The position numbers and the translations under genes are program-made. Below are positions 13,372 through 28,777 of a stretch of DNA of 64,000 bases, one piece after another. The stretch comes from Eledone cirrhosa (Eukaryota): the NCBI GenBank assembly GCA_964016885.1, contig CAXHJY010000861.1:248001-312000 (forward strand), read 5' to 3'. The notes beneath the pieces were generated by a model. The model saw only the letters and a program-made list of their open reading frames with translations, was not told the origin of the DNA and searched no databases. Position 1 is the first letter of the stretch. Every line of letters begins with the position of its first letter.

Positions 13372-13726
13372 ATCATCATCATCATCACCGTTTTACGTCC
13401 GTTCTTCCACGCTAGCATGGGTTAGACGGGTTGTCCTGTTGTGGGCAGTGTCTGGTCGGCTGACCATGCCTTGCTCATACAGGAACTGATCTGGCTTGAT
13501 TTCTACAGCTGGATGCCCTTCCTAACACCAACCTCATTTACAGTGAGTGCTGGGTGCTTTTTCGTGGCGCCTACACGTCCACTTTACAGTGTGGGCTGGG
13601 TGCTTTTTTTGCCGTGGCACCTCCACGGCCACCTTGCGGTGGAGGGGGGGGGCATATTGTTTATATGCTTCAGCATGTACCCATGGGAGGTCGGGTACCC
13701 TGTATTACTGCGTGACGCCAGAAGTC
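13372..13726 (-). mobile_element. RTE family B 3' end (5'-truncated)
   Basis: Matches 34640-35000; (GAT)n tail; ORF end [18 protein letters not shown]. Confidence 0.9.
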
Positions 13727-13751
13727 ATATATATATATATATACATACATG

Positions 13752-13835
<84 letters not shown>

Positions 13836-13889
13836 CATGTACATGTATATATATGTATATATACATGTACATGTATATATATATATATA

Positions 13890-15929
13890 TAACTTTGAAC
13901 TTTGAATAACTTTGAAATGTTTTGGCCAGTATTGGCCCAGGCCATGTCTAACTTAATAGCACCACCTGGCGAAGTTTTTCAATTCAGGATTTGGGCACCA
14001 TGGCCCATTCGAGAAGAGAATTACTGTTTGCGGAGACATATCCGGGTGTGGGTGATTTGTCCGGGATTACTTGGAGGAATTTGTCCAAAGACTTCTTGAA
14101 TTTTGTGTGGTCAGTTTCTGTTTTGACGTGTCCTGGTGTGATGTTGAAGAGAGCAGGGCCGATTGAGGTGAAATAATTGTGCCGTATTGTTGTTATGAGT
14201 TGCGATTTAGATTTTTGAATGGGACGGATAGCACGGGGCCCAAACCTTGGGTGTATCTTGAAGGCGATGCCAACATCATTTGGGCAGTGATGATGGAACA
14301 TTTTCCACATCATGCAGATAATATAACGCTCACGGCGACGTTGGAGTGAGTAAAGTTTCAGGTTTTCTAATCGACCCCAGTAGTCAAGGTCTGACATGCC
14401 ATCTATCTTTTTCGTGATTGCCCTTTGAGGAGCTTCAAGTTTCATGATACTTTGTTTCGTGTGGGGAGACCACAGTGGACAACAGTATTCAAGGTGTGGT
14501 CGGGCGAAAGTAGAGAAGAGAAGGATAATGGTGCGGGAATCTCTCGACTGGAAGGTTCTGAGGATCCAGGAACACATTCTGCGGGCCATGTCAACTTTGC
14601 TGCTTATATGCGTGGTCCAGCTTATGTTGCTGTCCACGGTTACTCCCAAGTCTCTGATGTTGTTAGATGCCACGAGAGTTTCCCCGGAGGGAAGGGAGTA
14701 CGGGAGTTTCAGAGCATCCTCTTTTCCAAAGTGGATCAGTTCGAATTTGTCTTCGTTCAGTAACATGTTGTTCTTTTCCGCCCATTGGGTAACAGCCAGT
14801 AGGTCTGACTGAAGGCTTATCCGGTCATCCACGCCATTGATGACCTTTTGGAGCTTGGAATCATCAGCAAAAATTTTAATGTTGCTGTGTTTGATGATGT
14901 CAGTGATGTCATTAATATAGATGATGAAGAGAAATGGGCCCAACACAGTGCCTTGTGGGACCCCACTACTGACTTTGGCTGGGCTGGATTTGACTCCCTC
15001 AACTACAACATGTTGGGTTCTGTTTGACAGGAAGCTCTTGATCCACTGCAGCAGCTTTCCAGTGACACCAATATTGGACAGCTTTCTCAGTAGAATGTTA
15101 TGATCAACCCTGTCAAAGGCCTTGCTGAAATCAAGGTAGATAACATCAGTGTTGGAACCCTCTCCCAAGGCTCTCAAAATGTCATCAAAGTGATGCAGTA
15201 GCTGCGTCAGGCAATCCCTTCCATTACGGAATCCATGCTGGTTGGAGTTCAGCATATTGTTACTCTCAAGGAAGTGGGTCATTCGCGATCTCACCACTCT
15301 CTCAAATACCTTAATGATATGAGAGGTGAGTGAGATTGGACGGTAATTCACGGCAAGGGATTTGTTTCCCTTTTTGAAAACTGGGACAACAGACTGGGAT
15401 AGAAGGTTTTCTGGCACATATCCAGCATCCAGTGAGTTCCGCCACAGATTGGCAAGAGGAGATGCAAGTTGGTGTTGACACGCCTTCAAGACACAAGCAG
15501 GGAACCTATCGGGACCTACTGCTGAATTATGCTTGATTTCCTTTATTGCCGCCAAGACATCAGGGGCGCCAAACGTTATGTCCGATAAGGTGTAATGGGG
15601 AGTAACATCGCCGATACAGCCCAGATCGGCCATATCAGGATTGCTGAAAACAGAGCAGTATTGTTTCTGCAGTATCTCACCCATGGTTTTAGCATTGTCT
15701 TGAAGAGTGCCATTTTCATCAATTAGAGGGCCAACAGTAGAGCCAGTGATTTTGTGTTTTTTTGCAAATGAAAAGAACACTTTGGGATTGAGTTTGATCT
15801 TCTCAATGGCCCAGGCCTCTTCAGCTCTTCTCTGATTGTTGATGAGGGACATTATGTTGTTTTGGAGGTTACGTTTTTTAATCTCTAGTGATGAAATGGC
15901 AGTCAAGTTGATGTGTTGCTGCTGACAGT
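13890..15929 (-). mobile_element. CR1-group LINE family 1, 5'-truncated, open RT frame 13984-15929, (TTCAAAG)n-like tail
   Basis: [47 protein letters not shown]; tail AACTTTG repeats 13891-13917. Confidence 0.93.
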
Positions 15930-17365
<1,436 letters not shown>

Positions 17366-17366
<1 letters not shown>

Positions 17367-19418
17367 TTCGTTTCTGAATTTGTTTAGCAAGATTTTTTAT
17401 CTGAAATCGTGTGTTGAAACCGATATTGTTATACTTTGGGAGGGTCATGTTGCCAATAAGAAACACACGCACCAGTTGCTTTCACTTCAATTTATTATAT
17501 ATTTATAAATTTTCAAATTTACAAACTTATAAATTTCTGGTTGTTGGTTGGTTCCACAACCAGATAGTTGTTTATATATAGTCATAGTCCTTTCGTCACA
17601 CACTCTGTGACCTCTTCAGTGACTGGGGATTCCTTTCTTTGTTTCTGTGCCTTTCCTTTCTTCTATCCTATGCCATTTTGTTTCTGTGTGTGTGTTGTGT
17701 GCTCAGTTTGCGCATGCGCCACATCCGGGTGTCTGTGTGTGTTTGTGTTCATTTATCTATTTGTTTATTTATTTATTTATTTATTGTTGGTTGGTTGTTT
17801 GTTCTATGTGTGTGTGTGTTTTCATTTTGTCCTGTGTGTGTTTTCATTTTGTCCTTAATTGTAAGTTGTTTGTTCTATGTGTGTGTGTGTTTTCATTTTG
17901 TCCCGTGTGTGTTTTCATTTTGTCCTTAATTGTAAGTTGTGATGTTGCTGTTCCACTCATATTTTCTATTTAATTTTGGTTTTAATTCTTTTATGCTTAC
18001 TGCCTCTGTAATTTGCCTAAACATTGCGTCTTTTCTGTGTGTGGATTCTATTTTTATTTCTATGTTCTCTAATCTACCCCTGTGTTCTATCTTAGCATGT
18101 TGGTAGAGCACAGATGATTCTTTATTATCTTGGAGGTCTCGCCAGTGTTCATTTATTCGTTCCCCTATACTACGAGCTGTCTCACCTATGTACACTATAT
18201 TTTTGTTTCTACATTGTCCTTCAGTACATCTTATGCTATACACTACATTTCTAGTTTTACAGTTAATATGGGGGCTTATTTTACAGGTTATACATTTCTT
18301 ATCTATACATGAGGGTCTTTGGAACGGGTATGTCTTGCTAATAAGTGTTTTTACGGAGGTACCTGGTCTTTCTACTATCTTAATATTGAGATTATGTTTA
18401 TTTAGGGCCCTTCTAAATTTGTAGGCTAGTTCGCCTCTAGGGGTTGTATTGATGAACATTACACTCTGGTATTTATTGCTATCATACCATGAGTTTATTC
18501 TATTGGCCTTGTTCCTAGTTCTTTCTATTCTATTCCAAAATTTGCTCCTATACAAGGGGCCGGTCCCATTTATGTCATTATTTACCATTTTTTCCCATTT
18601 GGTTCTGGCTCCTTTATACACTCTGATTCTATCTCTCTGATTGTAGCCAGAGAACTGCATACGGTGGATGAAGTGTTGTATGTGTCTCTCTAGTTCTTCG
18701 GGGTTGCACATGCAGGACACATTTCTCATCACCCGTACCAAATCCGCAATCAGTATGTTGATTTTGGTATGGTCCGAAATGGCCGAGTTTCGGTGGATCA
18801 GATGTTTGGAAGTCATGGGTTTGGCATAATGGGAATGGAGGATTTGTTTTTGGTTGTTAATGGTATCTAACCAGAGCTCTGTGTCTAGTACAGGTAATCG
18901 ATGGTTGGGGTGTCTACTTGGGTAGTCTATAGTAACTCTAATGCTCTGGTGGATGGAGTTTGCTATTTGCTGGATGCTTTCCATTGTGTTTTTCTCTAGT
19001 TCCTAACTGTTCTTTAGTGGGGGTGTCTTAACTACGATGTTTATATCATCTACGTAGCGGGAGTACATTATCAGGGTTAAGCTGTCTTCTAATTGTTCTT
19101 TAAGTTTTTGTTTAAGTCTACTGTCCCACCATACCATGAATAAGTTAGCTATGTCGCCTGCAATGCTAACACCAATGGCTGCTCCTTCCTCTTGGGCATA
19201 TGTTTTACCATTAAATTTGAACATATGTTCCTTAAGGGTTAATTTTATGCTGGCCCCTACCGCATGTGCAATCATTTTCTTCAGTTCATCGTGGTTTTCG
19301 GGTGTCCGTATGGCTCTGGTCCACCCGTTCCATCTATCTGTGTGGGTTTTCTTGGCCATTGAGGTAATGGTAGGTGGTCTGCCTCTTGCTGGTCTTGTAG
19401 GGCACAGGTTGCTGGTCT
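17366..19418 (-). mobile_element. Penelope-like element 4, 5'-truncated; RT (19003-19359) and thumb/GIY-YIG (17926-18984)
   Basis: YAQEEGAAIG, SRYVDD, LPVLD, HYAKP, C..C..C, NVVYSIRC...YIGETAR; ~70 bp tandem duplication 17794-17939 at ORF end. Confidence 0.9.
17580..17624 (-). ncRNA. Minimal type I hammerhead ribozyme in PLE4 3' end
   Basis: Minus strand: AGTCA-CTGAAGA-g-GTCACA gagtg TGTGAC-GAAA-ggac-TA-TGACT; perfect 5-bp stem I and 6-bp stem II. Confidence 0.78.
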
Positions 19419-22400
19419 TGGATGGCGTGGCACCAACATAACTTTACATAGAACGGGGTGGTGTGGATGGGGTGGGGGTGGTGGTGGTGGGACGGGGTGT
19501 ATTTTGTTAGAGATGCCTACTGGCTGTAGTAGGTTTTACTATGTATTTAGGTAAGGCGGGTCTTCTCTGTTACTGAGTACCGCCAAAGGTCTCGGTTCAG
19601 TGACATTGTCTTGGAGAGGTGTAAGTGTGTGAGGTCGGAGTTTATCAGCTCATCCCAGGTTTTTCTAGGTCTGCCTATTCCGTGGCTACCGTCTATCTTT
19701 ATTGCCCTGCACTTTGTTATACAGCTATCGACTTTCATGCGCATCACGTGTCCATACCAACGTAGCCTTCTCTCGAGTAAACAATATCTGATCCCTCTTA
19801 TTTCTAATTTTTTCCTTAGTTCGTTTATGCTTTGCCGTTCACGTATATTACTGTTACACATCCAGCGGAGCATGCAAGCTTCGTTCCTCTCTAGTCTGCG
19901 TATATCCTCTGCACACAATGCCCAGGTCTCACTGCCATGCAACATTGCTGTTCGTATGCAGGCATCGTACAACCTGCCTTTCATTTTTAGGGAGAACCCT
20001 TTAGCAGCTAATAGTGGTATAAGCTCTCTGAACTTTTTCCAACCAGTTCTGACTCTAGCTACTGTACTTTCAGAGCACCCTCCCCCACTGCTGATTTTAT
20101 CGCCCAGGTAACGGGAGCTGTTCACTATTTCTATAGAACCCTCTGCGCAATTGAAAGAGCTAGTATTTTGTGGGCACTTGCTGCTACTTATTGCACCAGA
20201 GCACCGGCCACATGTAAAATCTATGTTCTTAGTTAGCTTACCTGTGATCCCACTACATCTTTTATGCACCCATACTTTGCATTTAGGACATAAAATGGAG
20301 TTTCTACCTACGCCTTTCCTACACACCGAGCACGACCATTTCCCAGAAGGGACCGCCGCCTTATTTTCTTTCCTACAAACTAGAACTTTAGTCTTAGCCA
20401 GGTTAATTTTAAGTACTTTTGATTCTAGGCCGTGCTTCCATGTTTGAAATTTCTTCTCTAGCTCGGCCATTGATTCCGCTATGAGTTTCAGGTCGTCTGC
20501 GTATAGGAGTTCCCATGGGCAGCCGGTCTTGAACTCCTCTGTTATAGCCTGAAGGGCAATAATAAATAGTAGGGGGCTGAGAACAGAGCCCTGATGGACG
20601 CCAACTTTTACGCTAAACTCTTCACTATATTCGTTGTTAATTCTAACCTTGCTGACTGTTTCTTTATACATGGCTTGTATAGCCCTCACAAGCCATTCGT
20701 CAACGCCTAGTTTTCTAAGAGCCCACCAGATAATGGAGCGGGGGACTCTGTCGAAGGCTTTCTCCAAGTCGACAAAAGCTAAGTAGAGGGGTTTACCTTT
20801 AGCTAGGTACTTCTCCTGTAGTTGTCGTACAATGAAAAGAGCGTCTGTGGTACTTTTGCCTGACACAAACCCAAACTGCATTTCATCTAGGTCAATTCTC
20901 TCTCTGATTAGTTGCGCTATTACTTTTTCCGTGACCTTCATGACCTGGTCGATTAATTTAATGCCTCTATAGTTACTCCTATCTAGGGCGTCTCCTTTAC
21001 CCTTATAACAGTTAACGATGATGCTGCTATGCCAGTCCTTCGGAACAACCCCATTCTGTACGACTTGGTTAACTATGCGGGTGACCATGGTGTGTCCCAC
21101 CGTGCCAGATTCCTTCAGCATCTCAGCAACTATTTCCCGAAGGCCCAGCCACCTTACCCGTCTTCATATCCTTGATAGCTTTACTTATTATACTCCCCTC
21201 GACTAACACTGCTGGTCCCTCTATTGGGTCGATATGGGGGAGACTGTCTTTCTCCCATTTATTCTCCTCATTTAGTAGCCTTTCATAGTGACACTTCCAA
21301 GCTACCTTCTTATCAGCGTCGGTGATGGCAAGTATGCCATCATCGTTAAGTACACACTTCTCCCCGACAATATCACGGTTTTCCTTGACGCATTGCCTAG
21401 CAATCCTGAACACCTCACGTTTTTGGTCCTCGCGTTGTAGAACATGCTTGAACTTTCTTTCCTCTGCTTCCCTTCTTGCTAAGTACACGTGTCTCCTAGC
21501 TTCCCTCCTGGCCACTTGATAGTCTTCTCTACTTCCCCCATCCCGCCATACTTTCCAAGCCTGCTTTTTGGCCTTAATTGACCCCTCCACCTTACTGTTC
21601 CACCACCATGTTACTCTCCTCCTGCCTACAGGCCTGCTCCAGCCACAGACTTCGTCTGTCGCCATCAGCAGGTTTGCTTTCAGAAATTCCCACTGTCCCT
21701 CTATATTGTCCGACTCTAAATGTTCTTCCTTACTGTCGAAAGCATCAAGTAATATGCTTTGAAATTCATTTCTGGCTGTGGGGTCCTTTAGCTTCCATAT
21801 TTTTCTCCTGAGGATAGTCCTCTTCTGCTGTCGAGTACGTCTCGTCCTGACTATGAGGTCGCTAATTATCAGTCTATGTTGGGAGGTGCATTCTTCATGG
21901 GGGAGGGATTTAGTGTTTACAACAGACACTCTGTCACGTCTTCTGGTAAGGATATAATCTACCTGGCTTGTGTGTTCCCCGGATCTATAGGTGATCAGGT
22001 GATTGTCACGTTTTTTGAAGTTAGTGTTACAGATAGTTAGGTTATTTGCATCACAGAATTCCAGGATTCTGGAGCCTTCCTCATTTCTAGTACCAAACCC
22101 ATAGCCTCCATGGATTTCGTCGTAGCCGTCACAATGTTGTCCAACGTGACCATTTAGGTCGCCTGCAATAATTATATAGTCACTGTCGGATATTTGGGAG
22201 GTAGTTAGCATCAGTGTCTCATAGAATCTGTCTTTTATAGTGCTGGGCAGTCCGGATTGGGGTGCATACGCAGATATTACTGCCACCGTAGTTCTATTGA
22301 GGACAAGTCGTATTTTAATTATTCTGTCGTTCACTCTATTTACGTCTATTATCTTATCTGCCCACTTTTCTGCTACCATGATTCCTACTCCACCCAGCCC

Positions 22401-23020
22401 AGAAAAGCTTATTACATCGTTTTTTACCCTCAATGAATCTAGCAGACCCACTCCTCCACCTGGTCTCTTGAATACAACAAACATTGACCTCCTTACGTTC
22501 AAGCATTTCTACAACCTCGTTAGCGTGACCCTTTAGGGTGCCTACATTTATGGTACCAACTCTGAAGTTTTGGATTGCGTTTGGAGGGTGGGGGCGGTGG
22601 GGGGCGGGGGGAGATGGGGTTATGTTAGCCGCCCGCGGTCGAAACAAAGAGGAGTGCTCGCATTCTCGTCCACGAGGTGAATTTGTTTTTAACTTTGGCA
22701 TTTTCGCTGAGCGTCCAGATTTTTCTCTCTCTTCCACTCTCCAGGATTCCGCAGTCCATCCATCCATCCATCCATCATATATCGAAAGGCAACCGGGCAA
22801 GCGATAGTATAGGCCTCTGGCTTATGATTGGTCCGCGTAATAACAATGGTGCGGGGGGGGGGGGGGCTCTGGCGTATGATTGGTCCACGTAATAACAATG
22901 GTGGTGTGTGGAGGTGGGTGGGAGGGGTGTGGGGTAGCTAGCTGGAAGGTTAGGATTGTTTAACAAGCGATTAACAAAAAAACAAAAATGCAGGATTTGT
23001 TCTGTTCAATACGACAAAAA
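19419..23020 (-). mobile_element. RTE family A, near full-length, two frameshifts, 3' UTR truncated
   Basis: ORFs 22354..22800, 21123..22502, 19547..21121 together give APE + RT + PHD; 5' UTR with CCAAT monomers. Confidence 0.95.
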
Positions 23021-23039
23021 CATGTATATATATATATAT

Positions 23040-23646
23040 ATTTAAAATATATGATAAACACGAAATGTGTTTATATTGCAACAGACAAAGTTAGCTATTA
23101 ATGAAATAAACTAATTAAAGTAAATACAATTTGTCTGTCTCGATATAAGTCAATAAAGACAAGCTTATATTGGCAACGGCCATGATTCCTGGACATATTT
23201 AAATTTCGAAATTCAAACCTGTTCTATAGACGAATTTGAACCTCGAAACCCAAATAAGTTTCGCAACGGTGAAATGTGAATTGAAAAATAAAGAGAATCG
23301 AAATGGAGTTGAAATAAAAGAGTGAAATACCCAAATCTACTGTGCTTATCAACAGGAATCTAGTAAAATTAGTCTATCTCACATCAAAAATTTTGCAGGT
23401 CTGACTACACGTGTGTAGGCAGGCCAAAACTAGCTATCCGGCATTCACGGTGCTAGAAATAACAGCCGCTTATGCAAGATTAAGGATCAGCTCATACAAT
23501 AAAGGAGCTATACATTATATTATATTTTGAGAATAAACTCTCAGTCGTTTACAATAATTAAGCTCCAGGAAGGGGCTCTTCCGAGCAGTTACATTTAAAA
23601 TATATGATAAACACGAAATGTGTTTATATTGCAACAGACAAAGTTA
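23040..23646. repeat. Unclassified ~0.6 kb non-coding element with 54-bp terminal direct repeats, flanked by (TA)n
   Basis: ATTTAAAATATATGATAAACACG...GACAAAGTTA at 23040-23093 and 23593-23646. Confidence 0.8.
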
Positions 23647-23661
23647 TATATATACATGTAT

Positions 23662-24242
23662 ATATTGGTAAACAGAATAGAAAATGCTGACAAATTGTTC
23701 ACAGTTGAAAAATGGTTTAATTAGGAATAAAAGAGTATTAGTGATTGTATGGGTTAGTATTCAGTTGTGGTTTTAAGTTTTTAAGTTTTTACCGGTTGCG
23801 CATTTCTAAATGCTTTTCAAAAATAATTTTGAGATAGAGTGTCCGTGCTGTTTGCTCTGATCTGATTAGTTTTGGGAATTCTACCTGTTTTTATGTTAAA
23901 AAAGTGGCTCCAGCGTTACTTTGGTGTTGCAAAAATTCTTGTGGTCAAAACAATTTTGATTGATCGGTAGAGGTCATGTGAATGTAAAAAATTGATTTTG
24001 CGCCAAGACTGTTTTTATGTTAAAAAAGTGGCTCCAGCGCTATTTGGTGTTTGCAAAAATTCTTGTGGTCAAAACAATTTTGATTGGTCGGTAGAGGTCA
24101 TGTGAATAAAAAATTGGTTTTGCGCCAAGATTGAGAAATGACTCTTTCACAACAAATATGTGTGTGTGTGTGTGTAGTAGTAGTAAGGTGTTCGATGTTG
24201 TGATAATGGTTAGCAGGGATGTGTGTCAAATGGCTATTAAGA

Positions 24243-24306
<64 letters not shown>

Positions 24307-24466
24307 GCAGAGTAATTTGTCGTAGCAGGGATGGTCAGGTAAGAATGTGTCTGAAAGCAATGGGGGGTATTTTAGCATGTCAAAAGATATTTTTCAGCTT
24401 TTGTCTTATACGGAGAAGTGCGTGTGTGTGTATAAGTCTCTTTGTATGTTAATGTACGCGTGTGTA

Positions 24467-24520
<54 letters not shown>

Positions 24521-24643
24521 GGTGGGTGGACCAGTATTTTTTTCCCCCTGGTAAAATGGTGTGCATTATTCGATTTTTTCAGTAAAATCGGTTCTCTTAA
24601 TAGAACATCAAAAATCTTAACAATAAAAGGTGTGAAATGATAT
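23662..24643 (-). mobile_element. Non-coding 3' region of a PLE3-family element (solo copy) with internal ~120 bp tandem duplication
   Basis: Colinear with 9783-10560; duplication 23885-24007 / 24008-24130. Confidence 0.85.
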
Positions 24644-24788
24644 TCACTACATATATATACACATACATATATTCACTATATATATATATATATATATATA
24701 CATATATATACATATATATATATATACATATATATACACATATATTTTTCTGTGTTGCACCATAGAGCATGTGTGTTTACGTATGTCA

Positions 24789-24822
<34 letters not shown>

Positions 24823-27800
24823 CCACTTCATGAGTGTTCGCGGTCAGCCACCCCACTCTACATCATGCGGCCAAACTCCCCCCCCCCCTTTTCTCTCTCT
24901 ATCTATATATCTTCTCCCCCTCCACCACTTCATGAGTGTTCGCGGTCAGCCTCCCCACTCTACATCATGCGGCCAAACTCCCCCCCCTTCTCTCTCTCTA
25001 TCTATATATATAAGATAACACCCACAAGTAATCACATTCGCCAAATTCGTGGCTGTTTTTCCTTCACGGTATAATGTAATGTACACATTTTTCTTGCATT
25101 TCTACAATCCGCTTAATTTCATAGTCCATCCAATCCGACAATTCTATAGCATTTTCTATCCTTCGATTCCAATCCTTGCTTCACTACTCGCTATTCTATC
25201 CTATTTCCAAAACAAATCCTCCTGTATTCTGTATTTTGTCGTATTTTCCAAAACAAATATTGTATTTTTTGTTATTGCTTGTTAAATACGAAGTTTTTGT
25301 CGTATTTTACAAAACAAATCTTGTATTTTTGTTATCGCTTGTTAAATACGAGGATCTTACTTAAACCTAATCTTCTCGCTAACAACTCAACACCCCTCCT
25401 GCCCGCCCCCACGCACCACCATTATTATTACGTGGACCAATCATAAGCCAGAGGCCTATACTATCGCTTGCCTGGTCGCCTTCGATATGACGGATGGATG
25501 GACTACGGCATTCTGGAGAATTGAAGAGAGAAAAATCTGGACGCTCAGCGACAATGCCAAAGATAAAGACAAATTCACCTCGTGGACGAGAATGCGAGCA
25601 CTCCTCTTTGTTTCGGCCGCGAATGGCTAACATAACCCCATCTCCCCCCGCTCCCCACCGATCCCACCCTCCAAACGCAATCCAAAACTTCAGAGTTGGT
25701 ACCATGAATGTAGGCACCTTAAAGGGTCGCTCTAACGAGGTTGTAGAAATGCTTGAACGTAAGGAGGTCGATGTTTGTTGTATTCAAGAGACCAGGTGGA
25801 GGGGAGGGTCTGCTAGATTCATTGTGGGTAAAAAACGATGCTATATGCTTTTCTGGGTGGGAAATGACAATGGGCTGGGTGGAGAAGGAATCATGGTAGC
25901 AGAAAAGTGGGCAGATAAGATAATAGACGTAAATAGAGTGAACGACAGAATAATTAAAATAAGACTTGTCCTCAATAGAACTACGGTGACAGTAATATCT
26001 GCGTACGCACCCCAATCCGGACTGCCCGGCACTATAAAAGACAGATTCTATGAGACACTGATGCTCACTACCTCCCAAATAACCGACAGTGACTATATAA
26101 TTATTGCAGGCAACCTAAATGATCACGTTGGACAACATTGTGACGGCTACGACGAAATCCATGGAGGCTATGGGTTTGGTACTAGAAATGAGGAAGGCTC
26201 CAGAATCCTGGAATTCTGTGACGCAAATAACCTAACTATCTGTAACACTAACTTCAAAAAACGTGACAATCACCTGATCACCTATAGATCGGGGGAACAC
26301 ACAAGCCAGGTAGATTATATCCTTACCAGAAGACGTGACAGAGTGTCTGTTGTAAACACTAAATCCCTCCTCCATGAAGAATGCACCTCCCAACATAAAC
26401 TGATAATTAGCGACCTAATAGTCAGGACGAGACGTACTAGACAACAGAAGAGTACTATCCTCAGGAGAAAAATATGGAAGCTAAAGGACCCCACAGCCAG
26501 AAATAAATTCAAAAGTATATTACTTGATGCTTTTGACAGTAAGAGCAATTAGAGTCGTACAATATAGAGGAGCAGTGGGAATTTCTGAAAGCAAACCTGC
26601 TGATGGCTGCAGACGAAGTCTGTGGCTGGAGCAGGCCTGTAGGCAGGAGGAGAGTAACATGGTGGTGGAACAGTAAGGTGGAGGGGTCAATTAAGGCCAA
26701 AAAGCAGGCTTGGAAAGTATGGCGGGATGGGGGAAGTACAGAAGACTATCAAGTGGCCAGGAGGGAAGCTAGGAGACAAGTGTACTTAGCAAGAAGGGAA
26801 GCAGAGGAAAGAAAGTTCAAGCATGTTCTACAACGCGAGGACCAAAAACGTGAGGTGTTCAGGATTGCTAGGCAATGTGTCAAGGAAAACCGTGATATTG
26901 TCGGGGAGAAGTGTGTACTTAATGATGACGGCGTACTTGCCATCACCGACGCTGATAAGAAGGTAGCTTGGAAGTGTCACTATGAAAGGCTACTAAATGA
27001 GGAGAATAAATGGGAGAAAGACAGTCTCCCCCACATTGACCCAATAGAGGGACCAGCAGTGTTAATCGAGGGTAGTATAATAAGTAAGGTAATCAAAGAT
27101 ATTAAGACGGGTAAGGCGGCTGGGCCTTCGGAAATAGTTGCCGAGATGCTGAAGGCATCTGGTACGGTGGGACACACCATGGTCACCCGGATAGTTAACC
27201 AAGTCGTACAGAATGGGGTTGTTCCGAAGGACTGGCGTAGCAGCATCATCATTAACTGTTATAAGGGTAAAGGAGATGCCCTAGATAGGAGTAACTATAG
27301 AGGCATTAAATTAATCGACCAGGTCATGAAGGTCACGGAAAAAGTAATAGCGCAACTAATCAGAGAGAGAATTGATCTAGATGAAATGCAGTTCGGGTTT
27401 GTGTCAGGCAAAAGTACCACAGACGCTCTTTTCATTGTACGACAACTACAGGAGAAGTACCTAGCTAAAAGTAAACCCCTATACTTAGCTTTTGTCGACT
27501 TGGAGAAAGCCTTCGACAGAGTCCCCCGTTCCATTATCTGGTGGGCTCTTAGAAAACTAGGTGTTGACGAATGGCTTGTGAGAGCTATACAAGCCATGTA
27601 TAAAGAAACAGTCAGCAAGGTTAGAATTAACAACGAATATAGTGAAGAGTTTAGCGTAAAAGTTGGCGTCCATCAGGGCTCTGTTCTCAGCCCCCTACTA
27701 TTTATTATTGCCCTTCAGGCTATAACAGAAGAGTTCAAGACCGGTTGCCCATGGGAACTCCTATACGCAGATGACCTAACACTCATAGCTGAATCAATGG

Positions 27801-28777
27801 CCGAGCTAGAGAAGAAATTCCAAACATGGAAGCACGGCCTAGAATCAAAAGGCCTTAAAATTAACCTGGCTAAGACTAAAGTTCTAGTTTGTAAGAAAGA
27901 AAATAAGGCGGCGGTCCCTTCCGGGAAGTGGCCATGCTCAGTGTGTAGGAAAGGCGTAGGTAGAAACTCCTTTTTGTGTCCCAAATGCAAAGTATGGGTG
28001 CATAAAAGATGTAGTGGGATCACAGGTAAGCTAACTAAGAACACAGATATTACATGTGGCCGGTGCTCTGGTGCAATAAGTAGCAGCAAGTGCCCACAAA
28101 ATACTAGCTCTTTCAACTGCGCAGAGGGTTCTATAGAAATAGTGGACAGCTTCCATTACCTGGGTGACAAAATCAGCAGTGGGTGAGGGTGCTCTGAAAG
28201 TACAGTAGCTAGAGTCAGAACTGGATGGAAAAAGTTCAGAGAGCTTATACCACTATTAGCCGCTAAAGGGTTCTCCCTAAAAATGAAAGGAAGGTTGTAT
28301 GATGCCTGCATACGAACAGCAATGTTGCATGGCAGTGAGACCTGGGCATTGTGTGCAGAGGATATACGCAGACTAGAGAGAAACAAAGCTTGCATGCTCC
28401 GCTGGATGTGTAATAGTAATATATGTGAACGGCAAAGCATAAACGAACTAAGGAAAAAATTAGAAATAAGAGGGATCAGATGTTGTTTACTCGAGAGAAG
28501 GCTACGTTGGTATGGTCACGTGATGCGCATGAAGGACGATAGCTGTATAACAAAGTGCAGGGCAATAAAGATAGATGGTAGCCACGGAATAGGCAGACCC
28601 AGAAAAACCTGGGACGAGCTGATAAATTCCGACCTCACACACTTACACCTCACCAAGACAATGTAACTGGACCGAGACCTTTGGTGGTACTCAGTAATAG
28701 AGAAGACCCGCCTTACCTAAATACAAAGTAAAACCTACTACAGTCAGTAGGCATCTCTAACAAAATACACCCCCGTC
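24823..28777 (+). mobile_element. RTE family A, near full-length, frameshift ~26545 and stop at 28186, 3' UTR truncated
   Basis: ORFs 25494..26552, 26603..28186, 28283..28666; long 5' UTR related to 48620-49414. Confidence 0.94.
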
